DNA of 64,000 bases from an uncultured Gemmatimonadales bacterium (GCA_963739455.1 CAVUAK010000002.1:192001-256000); one strand, 5' to 3'. Shown: positions 1 through 11,022, counted from the first letter of the stretch. The notes: a model not told the origin generated them from the sequence alone. Numbers and translations are program-made.

Positions 1-1289
1 CGCGCTGATGGCACGCACCGCCATCTCGACGTTGTCGGGATGCACGACGTCGGTGACGTCCTCGGCGGTGCCACCGGTGGAGAGATTCGCCGTCGTCCGC
101 AGGTAGACGACCTGGCCCGCCTCAGGGATGGAATCGCGGTTGAAGCCATGCTCCTCGAGCAGGCGCTCGGCCTGGTAGTCGAAGTCGATCCGGGTGAGCA
201 CCTTCTCGTGCCCGATGCCGCGGCGCGGATCGCGGTTCACTTCGTCCACCAGTTGCGCGATCGTGTGCGCGCCGTCGCCCACCACATGGCCCGGCATCCG
301 CTTCGAGACGGCGATGAGCTGGCCGTTCACCACCAGCATGCGATGGTCGTGGCCCACGATGAACTTCTCGACGATGACGCTGCGGCTGATCGCCTGCGCC
401 ACGTGGAAGGCGGCGATGACCTGCTCGGCATCGGCGAGGTTGATGGACACCCCGCGCCCATGGTTGCCATTGTACGGCTTCACCACCACCGGATACCCGA
501 TGCGGGATGCCGCCGACACCGCATCGGTCTCGCGCTGGACCAGGCGCTGCTGCGGCACCGGCAGGCCCAGGTTGCCGAGGATCTTGTTGGTCTCCTCCTT
601 GTCGGAGGCGAGCTCGACCGCGATGTTGGACGTGCGGCTGGTGACGGTGGCCTGGATTCGCTGCTGGAACCGGCCGTGACCGAACTGGATCAGGCTCTGG
701 TCGTTGAGCCGGATCCACGGGATGCCCCGCTCCTCGGCCGCGCGCACCAGCGACATCGTGCTGGGTCCCGAGGTTCCGGCGCTGGGCGAAACGAATGAAG
801 CTGTCGCGCTCCTCCGCGAAGTTGAACGGCTCGTCGGCGTTGTCCACGTGCATGTCGGCCGCGAGCTCCGGCGGCAGCAGGCTCCGGAGCAGGCGCATGG
901 CGAAGGCCGCCGCCTCGAGCCCCACCGTCTGCTGTTCGTACTCGAATACCACGTGGTAGAGCCCGGGCAGGTCCGCGCCGCGCGTCTTGCCGAACGACAC
1001 CTGGTGCCCGGCGATCGCCTGCAGCTCGATGGCCACGTGCTCGAGGATGTGGCCCATCCAGGTCCCCTCATCCTCCGTGCAGGCGCCGCACGAAGCCGCC
1101 GGGCTCGCCATAGGAGCAGCCGTGCTCGCGGAGCCCGGGCAGCAAGGTGAGCAGCCCCTCGATGAACGGCGCGCCAAGGCGGCTCGAGGGCCACTCCTCG
1201 AGCTTGCCGAGATCGACTTCGAGACGGATGACCGGGAAGAGCGCGTACACGCTCGGTCCCACATAGACCGAGCGATCCAGGATACGCAT
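1..1289 (-). CDS. cphA: Cyanophycin synthetase, N-terminal part (runs off window; frameshifts near ~1075 and ~770)
   Basis: Joined frames read MRILDRSVYVGPS..HGCSYGEPGGF / EGTWMGHILEHVAIELQ / GPSTMSLVRAAEERGIPW..KPYNGNHGRGVS..ANLSTGG (ATP-grasp); directly downstream of cphB. Confidence 0.92.
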
Positions 1290-1307
1290 GGGTGAGGCCC
1301 CTCGGCG

Positions 1308-2150
1308 TCAGCCCCGGCCGGTGGCAGCCGGCGGGGCGTGCGCCTTTCGTCGGTGGAGATCGTAGCCGGCACCACGTACGAGCACGTGGAGCCGTACCCC
1401 GATCAGGCAGATCGGATCGCCCTTCTCCGCCTGGTCCATGGAGGAGTACTCCACGTCGGCAGGGTCGATGATGGTGATGGCATTGCTGCCCACCACCTCC
1501 AGCGTGTCATCCGGCCCGATGAACGCCGCCGTGTCCTCGTCCAGCCCAAGCCCGATGCCGAACGGATTGTACGCGAGCGCGGTCAGCAGCCGGCCCAGCC
1601 GGTCGCGCTGACGGAAATGTTGGTCTATAACGACGCGGTTGGTAAGACCCAGGCCCGGGGAGAGGGTCACGTCGCCCGAATGGGGGGTGGACCCCTCCTC
1701 CCCGCTGGCGATCATGTGCTCCGACAGGAAGGCCGCACCGGCCGAGGTACCGGCCACATGCACCCCCGCCGCGTTGAGCCGCCGGAGCGCGCGTGCCACC
1801 GAGGTGCCGCCCAGCGTGGTGGCCAGCCTGAGCTGGTTGCCACCGGTGAGGAACACGCCCCGCGCATTCTCGAGCGTGGCCAGCTTGTCGCCGTCCTCGC
1901 AGTCGGCCCGGGTCTCGAAGTCGAGGATGTCCACTCGCTTCGCACCGAGCTCCCGGAAGAGCGCCTCGTAGCGCTCACCGGTGTCGGCGAGGCTCGAGGC
2001 CGTGGGGATGACGACGATGCGCGCATCGCGCCCGCCGCAGAGCCGCACGAACCGCTTCAGGATGAGGGGGCTGCCGATCTTCGATTCGGCGCCGCCAACC
2101 GGGATGATGAAACCACGCACGTCGCCCTCCAATGACTTTGCCGGGCTCAC
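1308..2150 (-). CDS. cphB: Cyanophycinase (peptidase S51)
   Basis: IIPVGGAE, TGGNQ, GTSAG nucleophile, DQHF, GLDEDT motifs; adjacent to cphA. Confidence 0.93.
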   Translation of the reverse strand: MSPAKSLEGDVRGFIIPVGGAESKIGSPLILKRFVRLCGGRDARIVVIPTASSLADTGERYEALFRELGAKRVDILDFETRADCEDGDKLATLENARGVFLTGGNQLRLATTLGGTSVARALRRLNAAGVHVAGTSAGAAFLSEHMIASGEEGSTPHSGDVTLSPGLGLTNRVVIDQHFRQRDRLGRLLTALAYNPFGIGLGLDEDTAAFIGPDDTLEVVGSNAITIIDPADVEYSSMDQAEKGDPICLIGVRLHVLVRGAGYDLHRRKAHAPPAATGRG

Positions 2151-3317
2151 GAATCCTCTTTCTCAAAGGGTCCCTGAATGCGGGGCCGCCCATCGAACCG
2201 ATGCCAGCGCCCGCGCGCCATCACGTGCCGTACCGCATTGTCGGCCTGCAGTACCACGAGGTCGGCGTCAGCACCGACCTCGAGCCTGCCCTTCCCGGGG
2301 AGCCGCAGGAGCTCCGCCACGTTGCTCGTGAACGGCGGCAGCACCTGCTCCAGCGGACGCCCGCGCGCGAGCAGCGCACTGAGCGTGACTCATGAGCGCA
2401 CCAGGCGCGCCCACGTCCATTCCCGACACCCGACCATCGCTGTCGAACCGCGGCAGGCACCCACCACCATCCGAGCTCACCGTCACCCGCTCGGCGGGCA
2501 GGCCGGCATCCCAGTAGCGCTCCAGCGCATCCTCGGCCGCCCAGGCATCCTCACCATCCTCCACCGGGAATGCCGTGATGTCGATGGTCGGGCCGCGCTC
2601 CACCAGCGCCATGGCCTCGGCGAAGAGCGCCTTCCTGCGATTGACGTGCGTCGGGTTGAACACCCGCGCCGGCAACTCGCTCGTGTCGAGCGCCTGGCGC
2701 ACCAGCTCGAGACCGCGCGTGCCGTCGCCCACATGCAGGTGCACGATGCCGGCCTTGCCGCTCATGAGCCCGCCCACGTGCGCCTCGGAAGCGAGGCGCA
2801 GCAGGTCGTCCAGGGTGGGCTGGCTCGATCGATGATCGCTGATCGCCACCTCGCCAACCCCGATGATCTCATCGATGAGCGCGATGTCGCCACGCACGGT
2901 GCCGCTGAGCGTCGTCGGCGGCAGGTGGTAGCCGCCGGTGTGGCACCAGGCGGACAACCCGAGCTGCCTGAGGCCACGCGCCACGGTGACCAGTTCCGCT
3001 GTGGTGCGCACCGCATCGTCGGTGCCGAGCACCCCGATCGCGGTGGTGATACCACCTGCGGTAAGCGCGGTGACCTTGAGCGGTGGCACCCGGGTATGCG
3101 GACCCGCCTCGCCGCCGCCGCCCGTGAGGTGCACATGCCCGTCGATGAGGCCGGGGATGACGCGCAGTCCGCCGAGATCCATCTCGGCCACACCGAGCGC
3201 CGCCGGAAGATCCGGGAGCCGGGAAGCCATGGCGACGATCGTTCCGCCGGCAATGAGCAGGTCCTGGCGGCCGAGCCGCTCAGGAGCGTACAGCTCCGCC
3301 TGACGGAGGACGATCAT
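2147..3317 (-). CDS. iadA: Isoaspartyl dipeptidase / beta-aspartyl peptidase (frameshift near ~2385)
   Basis: PGLIDGHVHLTGGGGEAG, GEVAISDHRSSQP, HLHVG, PTHVNR, SSDGGG; C-terminus in ORF 2147..2344 (GRLEVGADADLVV); stop overlaps cphB start. Confidence 0.92.
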
Positions 3318-3388
3318 CGATGACAGCGGCTGCTCCGGGAAGGTTTATTCAATTTACCCAAGCGACCCCGCGTCGTGTAGCTTGGAGC

Positions 3389-4552
3389 ATGCCACTCCGG
3401 TACCGGGGCCTCGCCGGCCCCCTTCTCTTGTCCGTCACGGCCTTCTCCCTGGTGGCAGCCGGCCCGGCCGCGGCCCAGATACGGATGTCCGGACCCGCAA
3501 CCGTCGCCCTGATGACGGGCAGCGACGACGTCCGCTACGCTGTCTATGAGGTGGAACTCACCAACTACCGCGGGATGCCGATCCTGCTCACGCGCGTGAG
3601 CTTCCACTTCGATTCATCCGCTGCCGAGATCGTTGGGTATCCGGATACGTCACTTTCGCCGTTGCTGCAGCGGCCGGGGCAGCCGACTACCCCGGAACCG
3701 AGACTGCTTGCGCCCGGCGCCCTTACCGTCCTCTACGCCTGGGTGCCATTGCCACCGGGGAGCTTGGCGGACCGGACGATCTGGACCCGGGTGGGCGCCG
3801 AGCCGCGCGCGCCTGATGGCTCCGCCGCCGTGAAATTCACCACGATTGCGGTGTGGGGCGCACCGGTCCGCATTCTCGCCACGAGCCCTCGCGTGCTCGC
3901 CGCGCCCCTGACGGGCGGGCCCTGGCTGGCGGCCAATGGACCCAGTTCCGCGTCGGCGCACCGCCGGGCGCGCTTCGTCTTCGACAGTGAGCCATGGGAT
4001 GCCCAGCGATTCGCCATCGATTGGGTGAAGGTGAACACTGCCGGCAAGACCTTCGAGGGCGACTCCACGAAGAACGCGAACTATCTGGCATACGGCGCAC
4101 CGCTTCTTGCCGTGTCCAATGGCGTCGTGCTCGGCTTCGTCGATACACTTCCAGAGAACGTGCCGAACAGTGACAAGATCGCAATTGCAGTCACACGGGA
4201 GACGGTGGCCGGGAATCGGCTCTTGCTCAAGGTGGGCGACAGCGCGGTCGTGCTGTACGCTCACCTCCAGCCGCACAGCGTGAAGGTGAAGGAAGGGCAG
4301 AAGGTGAAGAAGGGTGACGTCCTCGCGCTCCTCGGCAACTCGGGCAACTCCTCCGAGCCGCACCTGCACATTCACCTCGCCACCGGCAGCAACATTCACG
4401 ACGTGCTCACCGGGGATGGCCTGCCCTACGCCATGCCCTCCGCGTCGATCATTGGCCAGTGCGCCGCGTTCGGCGCCGAGTGCACCCCGACCGCCCCACG
4501 ACCAGAGGGCAAGACCATGCCGCTCGAAAACGTGCTCGTCGAGTTCCCGTGA
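3389..4552 (+). CDS. Secreted M23-family metallopeptidase
   Basis: Signal peptide (..AGPAAA|Q), RFAIDW, YAHLQPHSVKVKEGQKV, GNSGNSSEPHLHIH. Confidence 0.85.
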   Translation: MPLRYRGLAGPLLLSVTAFSLVAAGPAAAQIRMSGPATVALMTGSDDVRYAVYEVELTNYRGMPILLTRVSFHFDSSAAEIVGYPDTSLSPLLQRPGQPTTPEPRLLAPGALTVLYAWVPLPPGSLADRTIWTRVGAEPRAPDGSAAVKFTTIAVWGAPVRILATSPRVLAAPLTGGPWLAANGPSSASAHRRARFVFDSEPWDAQRFAIDWVKVNTAGKTFEGDSTKNANYLAYGAPLLAVSNGVVLGFVDTLPENVPNSDKIAIAVTRETVAGNRLLLKVGDSAVVLYAHLQPHSVKVKEGQKVKKGDVLALLGNSGNSSEPHLHIHLATGSNIHDVLTGDGLPYAMPSASIIGQCAAFGAECTPTAPRPEGKTMPLENVLVEFP

Positions 4553-4971
4553 GCCACGCCGCCAGGCTGGTCCGCCCCCTGATCGCCGTCTCACTCGCCC
4601 TCGTGATGGGCTGCCAGGGTCTCACCGGCGATTCAGCCGAGCGAGTCGCGTTCGGATTGCGCGAGGGAGCGAGCCGCCTGGGCCAGTCGCGAAGTGCCAC
4701 CGATTCCATGCCGGTCCGCATTCCAGCCCGCACATGGCCGAATGGGTGCCCGGGTGCGTATCGAGTTCAGCTGTTTGCGGATTCGGCCAAGGCGAGCGGG
4801 ATCGTCGTTTCGTGCCTGCCGAAGGGGCGCCAGTACACGACCGCCTACGCGAAGCGGTTTGTGAGGACGCCAGTGACGCTCGAGGTGGAGCGGCAGTCGG
4901 GGCAGCCGGTGGACATCATCCTGCGGAAACAGGGGAAGGACATCGAGGTCATCGGGTTCGACGAACCCTGA
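4549..4971 (+). CDS. Hypothetical lipoprotein
   Basis: GTGA overlap with M23 stop; lipobox LVMG-C; two further Cys. Confidence 0.6.
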   Translation: MSHAARLVRPLIAVSLALVMGCQGLTGDSAERVAFGLREGASRLGQSRSATDSMPVRIPARTWPNGCPGAYRVQLFADSAKASGIVVSCLPKGRQYTTAYAKRFVRTPVTLEVERQSGQPVDIILRKQGKDIEVIGFDEP

Positions 4972-4986
4972 GCCCTGCTACGGCAA

Positions 4987-7248
4987 CTACGCACCCGGAA
5001 TTCCCATCGCCTTGAGCAGCGCGAGATATCGCGGGTCGCTGCGCAGCGGATCCCAGAGCGGGTCCACCTTCATGTAGACGATCCACCCTCGTCGCTCGAC
5101 GCGGCTCCGCTCGGCAAATGCAAGCGCCTCATCCCACAGTCCCAGCGTTAGCGCCAGCTTGGCGTGATCGGTCGGCGACACATAGCGCGTCGCACTGAGT
5201 TCCGTGAACCGCGTCCGGATCGCCTCGGCCGCTGTCCTCCTGCCCTGCAGCACAAGGGAACGGGCGAGCACCGCGAGGAGCGCCGTATCGTCCGGTGCAA
5301 CCGTGAGGCCCTCGCGCAGCGTCGCTTCTGCGTCAACCGGACGCCCCGCCTGGTTGTACACCATCGCCAGCACGAGGATGGACTCGAGCGCCGTGGGGTT
5401 CAGGGCGAGCGCGCGCCGCATGTGCTCGATGGCCTGTTGCGAATCTCGCGCATAGAAGTGGAGCCAGCCGAGGCCCCGGCGCACCGACACCGATGCCGGA
5501 TCGAGCTCGACGGCTCGCTCCCCTGCGCGCAGCGCCTCCCCGGTGCGCCCCTGGGACGCCAGCAGCCACGCATACCACTGGTGCGCCGAGGCGTAGTTGG
5601 GGTTGGCCTTGATGGCACGCCGGAACTCCCGCTCCGCACCGGCCCAGTCCCAGTCGTGAATGAACGTGACCCACGCGAGCGAGGTGTGGGCCTCCGCCAG
5701 GCTGTCGTCGAGCGCTATGGCGCGGCGGGCAAGCTCCTTCGCGCGCTCGAATCCCTCCACGACAGGGCCGTTCCTGTAGTCCACACCGATCGCGTAGGCG
5801 TCCGCGAGCCCGCTCCACGCGAGGGCATAGTCGGCATCCTCCGCGATGGCCTGTTCAAAGAACATGATCGCCTGCTTCATGCCCTCGGCGCTGCGCTGGT
5901 TCCAGGCAAAGCGCCCGCGCAGGTACAGGTTGTACGCCCGTGCATTCTCGGTGTAGCGCCTTGGTACCGGCTCGCCCAGGTCACCGAGCAGCCGCGAGCG
6001 CAGCGTCCGCACGATGGTCGCCGTGATCGCGTCCTGGATCGCGAAAATGTCCTCGTCGTCGCGGTCGAATCGCTCCGACCAGATCAGGCGCCCGTCAGCC
6101 GCGTCACTGAGCTGAGCGGTGACGCGGATGCGATTCCCGGCCTTGCGGACCGTGCCCTCCAGCACGGTACCAACGCCCAGTAGCGCGCCGAGGCTGCGCA
6201 CGTCTTCCTTGCGTCCCTTGAGCGCGAAGGCCGACGTGCGCGATGCCACGCGCAACCCATCCACGTTCGCGAGTGCACTGATGAGCTCGTCCGTCATCCC
6301 GTCGCTCAGGTACTCGTTTTCGGCGTCGCTGGTGGCGTTGACGAACGGCAGGACCGCAATGGCTCGCCGGCGGGTGGACGCACCCTGGCTGGCCTCCACT
6401 TCTCCCGAGCGGGCCGCCAATGCGACGGCCCAGTCGGCGGCGCTCTCGTAGCGCTCACCCGGTTCCTTCGCCATCGCCCGCAGCAGGGCCACGTCCACCG
6501 GCCATGGCACATCCGGGCGGACGACCCGCACCGAGGGCGGAGGTTCCACCACGTGACGCAGCATCACCTGTCGTGCCGTGCCGCTGAACGGCGCGTGCCC
6601 GGCGAGCATCTCGAACAGCACGCAGGCAACAGCGTACTGGTCGGTGCGGCCATCGAGTTCCCGTTCACCTGCAGCCTGTTCCGGGCTCATGTACGCCGGC
6701 GTGCCGACCGCGAGACCCGGCGCCGTCGTGTTGTCATCGGTGCTGCAGGCCTCCCGCAGCGCCATGGCCACGCCAAAATCGGCTACGAGTGCGCCGCCCT
6801 CGTGCAGCAGGATGTTTTCCGGCTTGATGTCGCGATGTACGTAGCCCTGGCGATGGGCGTAGTCGAGTGCGCTGGCGACCATGCCGGCAATGCGCAACGC
6901 GTCGGCAATCGGGAGGCGTCCCTCACGGGACATCCGGTCGCGGAGGGACTCGCCCTCGATGAGCGGCATGACATAGTAGAGAAGGCCGCCTGCCTCCCCG
7001 GAGTCATGCACCGGGACGATCTGTGGATGGGTAAGCCGGGCGGCAATGCGGATCTCGCGCTCGAAGCGGCTCGCTTCCATCCGGCGGGCCTGGGCGCCGG
7101 AGAACACCTTGATCGCAACCATGCGGTCGAGTCGCAGGTCGCGCGCGAGGTAGACGATCGCCATGCCGCCCTGGCCCAGCTCGCGCTCGACCTCGTAGCG
7201 ACCGGCGAGGGCTTCATTGAGCTCAGCGACAAGCGGCGCGGATGTCAT
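4987..7248 (-). CDS. Hanks-type Ser/Thr protein kinase with TolB-like and TPR domains
   Basis: GQGGMAIVY, VAIK, HRDIKPEN, DFG, GTPAYMSPE; then IAVLPFVN..EYLSDGMTDELI and TPR repeats. Confidence 0.93.
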   Translation of the reverse strand: MTSAPLVAELNEALAGRYEVERELGQGGMAIVYLARDLRLDRMVAIKVFSGAQARRMEASRFEREIRIAARLTHPQIVPVHDSGEAGGLLYYVMPLIEGESLRDRMSREGRLPIADALRIAGMVASALDYAHRQGYVHRDIKPENILLHEGGALVADFGVAMALREACSTDDNTTAPGLAVGTPAYMSPEQAAGERELDGRTDQYAVACVLFEMLAGHAPFSGTARQVMLRHVVEPPPSVRVVRPDVPWPVDVALLRAMAKEPGERYESAADWAVALAARSGEVEASQGASTRRRAIAVLPFVNATSDAENEYLSDGMTDELISALANVDGLRVASRTSAFALKGRKEDVRSLGALLGVGTVLEGTVRKAGNRIRVTAQLSDAADGRLIWSERFDRDDEDIFAIQDAITATIVRTLRSRLLGDLGEPVPRRYTENARAYNLYLRGRFAWNQRSAEGMKQAIMFFEQAIAEDADYALAWSGLADAYAIGVDYRNGPVVEGFERAKELARRAIALDDSLAEAHTSLAWVTFIHDWDWAGAEREFRRAIKANPNYASAHQWYAWLLASQGRTGEALRAGERAVELDPASVSVRRGLGWLHFYARDSQQAIEHMRRALALNPTALESILVLAMVYNQAGRPVDAEATLREGLTVAPDDTALLAVLARSLVLQGRRTAAEAIRTRFTELSATRYVSPTDHAKLALTLGLWDEALAFAERSRVERRGWIVYMKVDPLWDPLRSDPRYLALLKAMGIPGA

Positions 7249-7281
7249 GGCCGGAAAATACCTGCCGAGGCAGGAACGTGG

Positions 7282-10050
7282 TTACCCCGTGGCCCCGAAC
7301 CCCGCGGCAATCGTGCTGATCGACAGCAGTAGCGCCGAGAGCACTTCCTTCCGCTCGGCCTCGTCGGTGGCACCCCGGAACTGCCGGATGAATTGCACCT
7401 GCTGACGGCTCACCTGGTTGAGCACCGGGAGCCGCCGGCCCAGCCGCCGCAGGAACCGGGGGAACTGCTCCGCCGGCGTTGCTGCTCCGGTGACCCGCAG
7501 CACCATCTCGCGTGTCCGCTCATACTCATCGACGATGAGCCCGAAGATCGCCTCCCGCGGTTCCGCGTCAGGCACCAGCGACGCAAACTCGCGCGCGATG
7601 TCCAGGTCCACATAGGTCAGCGTCTTCTCCACCTCATCCATGATCAGGCGGAACAGGCGCGAGTCGCGGTACATCCGGCCGATGAGCGCCTCGCCCCGCG
7701 CACCGCGCACCTCGAGGAAGGTCGCGAGCCCGCTGCCGACGCCGAACCACCCCGGCACGAAATGCCGGTTCTGTGACCATGCGAAGACCCAGGGAATGGC
7801 GCGGAGGTCGGAGAGTGATCGGGCACCGAAGCGGCGCGCGGGGCGCGAACCGAGATTGAGCAGCGCAAGCTCGTCGAGCGGGCTCGCCGCCTGGTAGTAG
7901 GTGAACAGGTGCGGGTGCTCGACGAATCGGCGGTACGCTGCCTGGGCAGCGCCGGACAGGGCCTCCAGCGCCTCGTCGAATTCCCCGACCGGCGCCAGCG
8001 CCTCCTCGCGCTCCGACTTGAGCGTGTGCACCATGACGCTCGATGCCAGCAGCTCGCACTGGTACTGCGCCGTGCCGCGGTTGGCGTACTTGTAGGACAC
8101 CACCTCGCCCTGCTCGGTGATGCGCATCCGCCCCTGCACCGATCCCGCCGGCTGTGCGGCGATCGCGCGCCCCAGCGGCGCACCGCCGCGACTCACCGAG
8201 CCGCCGCGACCGTGGAAGAACACCAGCGGCACGCCCGACTCCACTCCCACACGCGTGAGCTTCCGCTGGGCCTTGCTGAGTTCCCAGTTGGAGGTGAGGA
8301 ACCCGCCGTCCTTGTTCGAGTCGGAATAGCCGATCATCACTTCCTGCACCCCGCCCTGTCCCCGCACGCTGCGCTTCACCACCGGGATTGCCAGCAGCTC
8401 CCGCATGATGCCGGGGGCCCGCTGCAGGTCATCGATCGTCTCGAAGAGCGGAACAATCGGCAGTGAACAGCGCTCCACTGCCGCCTGGTCGGCGAAGAGG
8501 CCGCCTTCCTTGGCGAGCAGGAACGCCCCGAGCACGTCACTCACCGACCGCGTCATGCTGAGCACGAAGGAGCCGAACGCCTCGCGATCCACCTCGTCGC
8601 GCTGCTCCGCCACCAGGCGGAACATGCCCAGCGTCTCCTGCTCATCGGCGGGCAGTATCACCGGCGCTTCGTCCGGCCGGCGGGGACGGGCCAGTTCCGC
8701 CAGCAGCCAGTCGCGCCATTCGTCGCTCGTCACGTCGGGCGGATCGCCGGCGGCCGGCTGGCGCACGCGCCACAGGGCATGCAGCGCTGCCGTGAGCTTG
8801 GTGGAGTTCTCCCGCAGGTCGAGTCGCGTGGTGCTGAAGCGGAACGCCTCCACCTCGCGCCGGAGCGGTGTCACCACCCGGTGCTCCAGGCCGCCGCCCA
8901 TCGCCTCCGCAAGCGCCTGCTCGAGCAGCCGCAGGTCGGCCAGCAGCAGGTCGGCGCTGGGATAGCCATCCTCGCCCGCAATTCTCCCCTGCTCTGCCGC
9001 GTGCAGCGTTGCATCAAGCCGGAGCGTCATGCATGCGAGGAACTGCCGGAACACCTCGCCGGGGTTCCGGTTCGTGATCCCGTCTCCGTCCCCACTCTGC
9101 GCCAGCGCGCGGTCGAGCGCCAAGCGGAACGCCGGCGCCACCTGCACCGCGCGATCCGAGATACTCAATCGCCTCACCAGCTCCGTGAGCCGCTGCCGGT
9201 ATCGGCGCAGGGACGCGACCCGGTTCTCGTTGAGGGTGTTTCGGGTGACTTCGTTGGTGACGAACGGGTTGCCGTCGCGGTCTCCACCCACCCACGATCC
9301 GAACTGGAAGAACGGTGAGACATTGAAGGTGACGCCAGGATAGAACTGCGCGAGCGCCAGCTCCAGGCGCTCCAGGGTCTCGGGCACCGCGTCAAACAGC
9401 GTTTCCTGGAAGAAGTGCAGGCCCCAGTACACCTCCTGGGGCACGGTCGGCTTCTCCAGCCGCAGCTCGCCCGTCATCCAGAGCAGGTCGATCTCGTCCC
9501 GCAGCTGGTCCTCGAGCGCCCGGCGCTCGCGTGGCGTCCAGCGCGGCGACTCGAGGTCCACCAGCCGACGATAGATGCGGCGGTGCTTTTCCAGCACCGT
9601 CACACGCTTCGCCTCGGTGGGATGGGCCGTGATCACGGGACGTATGCGCAGGCGCTCCAGCAGGGCCTCGATCGCGGACGCCGGCGTGTCGGTCGCCACC
9701 GCCTCGGCGAACACGCCGGCAAAGGTGCCCTTCACGCCCTCCAGGCCGCGCGCCACTTCGACCTGCCGGCGGCGACGCATCGCTGCATTCTGCTCTGCAA
9801 TGCTGAGGAGCTGAAACCAGATGCCCTGCGCCTGGAGTGCCCGCACACACCGATCGATGGGAAGGTCCAGGCCGGACGCGTCGCCGCGCACGACCGGTTC
9901 GATGTCCGGGGCCCGGACGCGAATGACGTCGACCAGCAATGTGTAGAGGAGTTCCGCGACCTCGGTGGCATACGCCGCCGCGCTCGCGGCCACCGGGTCG
10001 GCCGATGTGGGGAGGTCCGCCGACGCGAACGGGTGCAGCAGGTCGGACAT
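7282..10050 (-). CDS. ppc: Phosphoenolpyruvate carboxylase
   Basis: VITAHPTE, GSWVGGDRDGNP, QEVMIGYSDSNKDGG, FHGRGGSVSRGG, TEQGE, LRAIPWVF. Confidence 0.96.
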   Translation of the reverse strand: MSDLLHPFASADLPTSADPVAASAAAYATEVAELLYTLLVDVIRVRAPDIEPVVRGDASGLDLPIDRCVRALQAQGIWFQLLSIAEQNAAMRRRRQVEVARGLEGVKGTFAGVFAEAVATDTPASAIEALLERLRIRPVITAHPTEAKRVTVLEKHRRIYRRLVDLESPRWTPRERRALEDQLRDEIDLLWMTGELRLEKPTVPQEVYWGLHFFQETLFDAVPETLERLELALAQFYPGVTFNVSPFFQFGSWVGGDRDGNPFVTNEVTRNTLNENRVASLRRYRQRLTELVRRLSISDRAVQVAPAFRLALDRALAQSGDGDGITNRNPGEVFRQFLACMTLRLDATLHAAEQGRIAGEDGYPSADLLLADLRLLEQALAEAMGGGLEHRVVTPLRREVEAFRFSTTRLDLRENSTKLTAALHALWRVRQPAAGDPPDVTSDEWRDWLLAELARPRRPDEAPVILPADEQETLGMFRLVAEQRDEVDREAFGSFVLSMTRSVSDVLGAFLLAKEGGLFADQAAVERCSLPIVPLFETIDDLQRAPGIMRELLAIPVVKRSVRGQGGVQEVMIGYSDSNKDGGFLTSNWELSKAQRKLTRVGVESGVPLVFFHGRGGSVSRGGAPLGRAIAAQPAGSVQGRMRITEQGEVVSYKYANRGTAQYQCELLASSVMVHTLKSEREEALAPVGEFDEALEALSGAAQAAYRRFVEHPHLFTYYQAASPLDELALLNLGSRPARRFGARSLSDLRAIPWVFAWSQNRHFVPGWFGVGSGLATFLEVRGARGEALIGRMYRDSRLFRLIMDEVEKTLTYVDLDIAREFASLVPDAEPREAIFGLIVDEYERTREMVLRVTGAATPAEQFPRFLRRLGRRLPVLNQVSRQQVQFIRQFRGATDEAERKEVLSALLLSISTIAAGFGATG

Positions 10051-11022
10051 CTAGACCACGCGGTCGCGGAGCGGCTTGCCGGAAAAGAAGAGGCGAAGGT
10101 TTTCGAGCGCTCGCATGCCCATGGCGGCACGGGTTTCCCGTGTGGCGCTCCCCAGGTGCGGGAGGAGGACCACGTTCTCCATGGTGAGCAGCGCCGGCGT
10201 CACCACCGGCTCGCGCTCGAACACGTCGAGACCTGCGCCGGCGATCTGCCCCGACTGGAGCGCAGCAACCAGGGCGGCCTCATCCACCACGTCACCGCGA
10301 GCGGTGTTGATGAGGAATGCCGACTTCCGCATGCGGCCAAACCGTTCGGCATTCATGAGGTGCCGCGTCTCCGGCGTGGCGGGACAGTGCAGCGACACGA
10401 AATCGCTGCGCTCCAGGACCTCCTCGAGCGACCCGAGTCCTTCGGCGCCGAGTGCAGCCGCTTCCTGCGGTGATGGCGGGAACGGGTCGTGGAACAGCAC
10501 CTTCATGCCGAAGCCGTGGTGTGCCCGTCGCGCCACGGCGCGCGCGATACGGCCCATGCCGATGAGGCCAAGGGTCTTTCCGCTGACCTGCGTACCGATC
10601 ATGTGCGTCGGGCGCCAGCCCGTCCACTGTCCTGCCCGCAGGTGCCGCTCGCCCTCGCCTGTGCGGCGCGCCACGGTGAGCAGCAGGATCATCGCAATGT
10701 CGGCGGTGGCATCGGTGAGCACGTCGGGGGTGTTCGACACCGAGAGCCCGCGCGCCTTTGCGGCGTTCACGTCGATATGGTTGAACCCTACCCCGAAGTT
10801 GGCCAGGAGCCGTGCCCGCAGGGGCTCCGTCGCCAGCACATCGGCGGTGAACTTGTCGGTCACCGTCGGCAGGATCGCGTCCGCCGAGCGGAGTGCCTCC
10901 TGCAGCTGGTCCGGCGTCAGCGGCTTGTCGTCCGGGTTGAGTCGCGCGTCGAAATCCTTCTGCAACTCCGCTTCCACCTCGGCCGGCAGCTTGCGCGTCA
11001 CCACCACAACGGGGCGGCTCAC
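10051..11022 (-). CDS. D-glycerate dehydrogenase / hydroxypyruvate reductase (D-2-hydroxyacid dehydrogenase)
   Basis: NFGVGFNHID, NTPDVLT, GLIGMGRIA, INTARG, LDVFERE, PHLGSAT; context implies the Hpr role. Confidence 0.88.
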   Translation of the reverse strand: MSRPVVVVTRKLPAEVEAELQKDFDARLNPDDKPLTPDQLQEALRSADAILPTVTDKFTADVLATEPLRARLLANFGVGFNHIDVNAAKARGLSVSNTPDVLTDATADIAMILLLTVARRTGEGERHLRAGQWTGWRPTHMIGTQVSGKTLGLIGMGRIARAVARRAHHGFGMKVLFHDPFPPSPQEAAALGAEGLGSLEEVLERSDFVSLHCPATPETRHLMNAERFGRMRKSAFLINTARGDVVDEAALVAALQSGQIAGAGLDVFEREPVVTPALLTMENVVLLPHLGSATRETRAAMGMRALENLRLFFSGKPLRDRVV

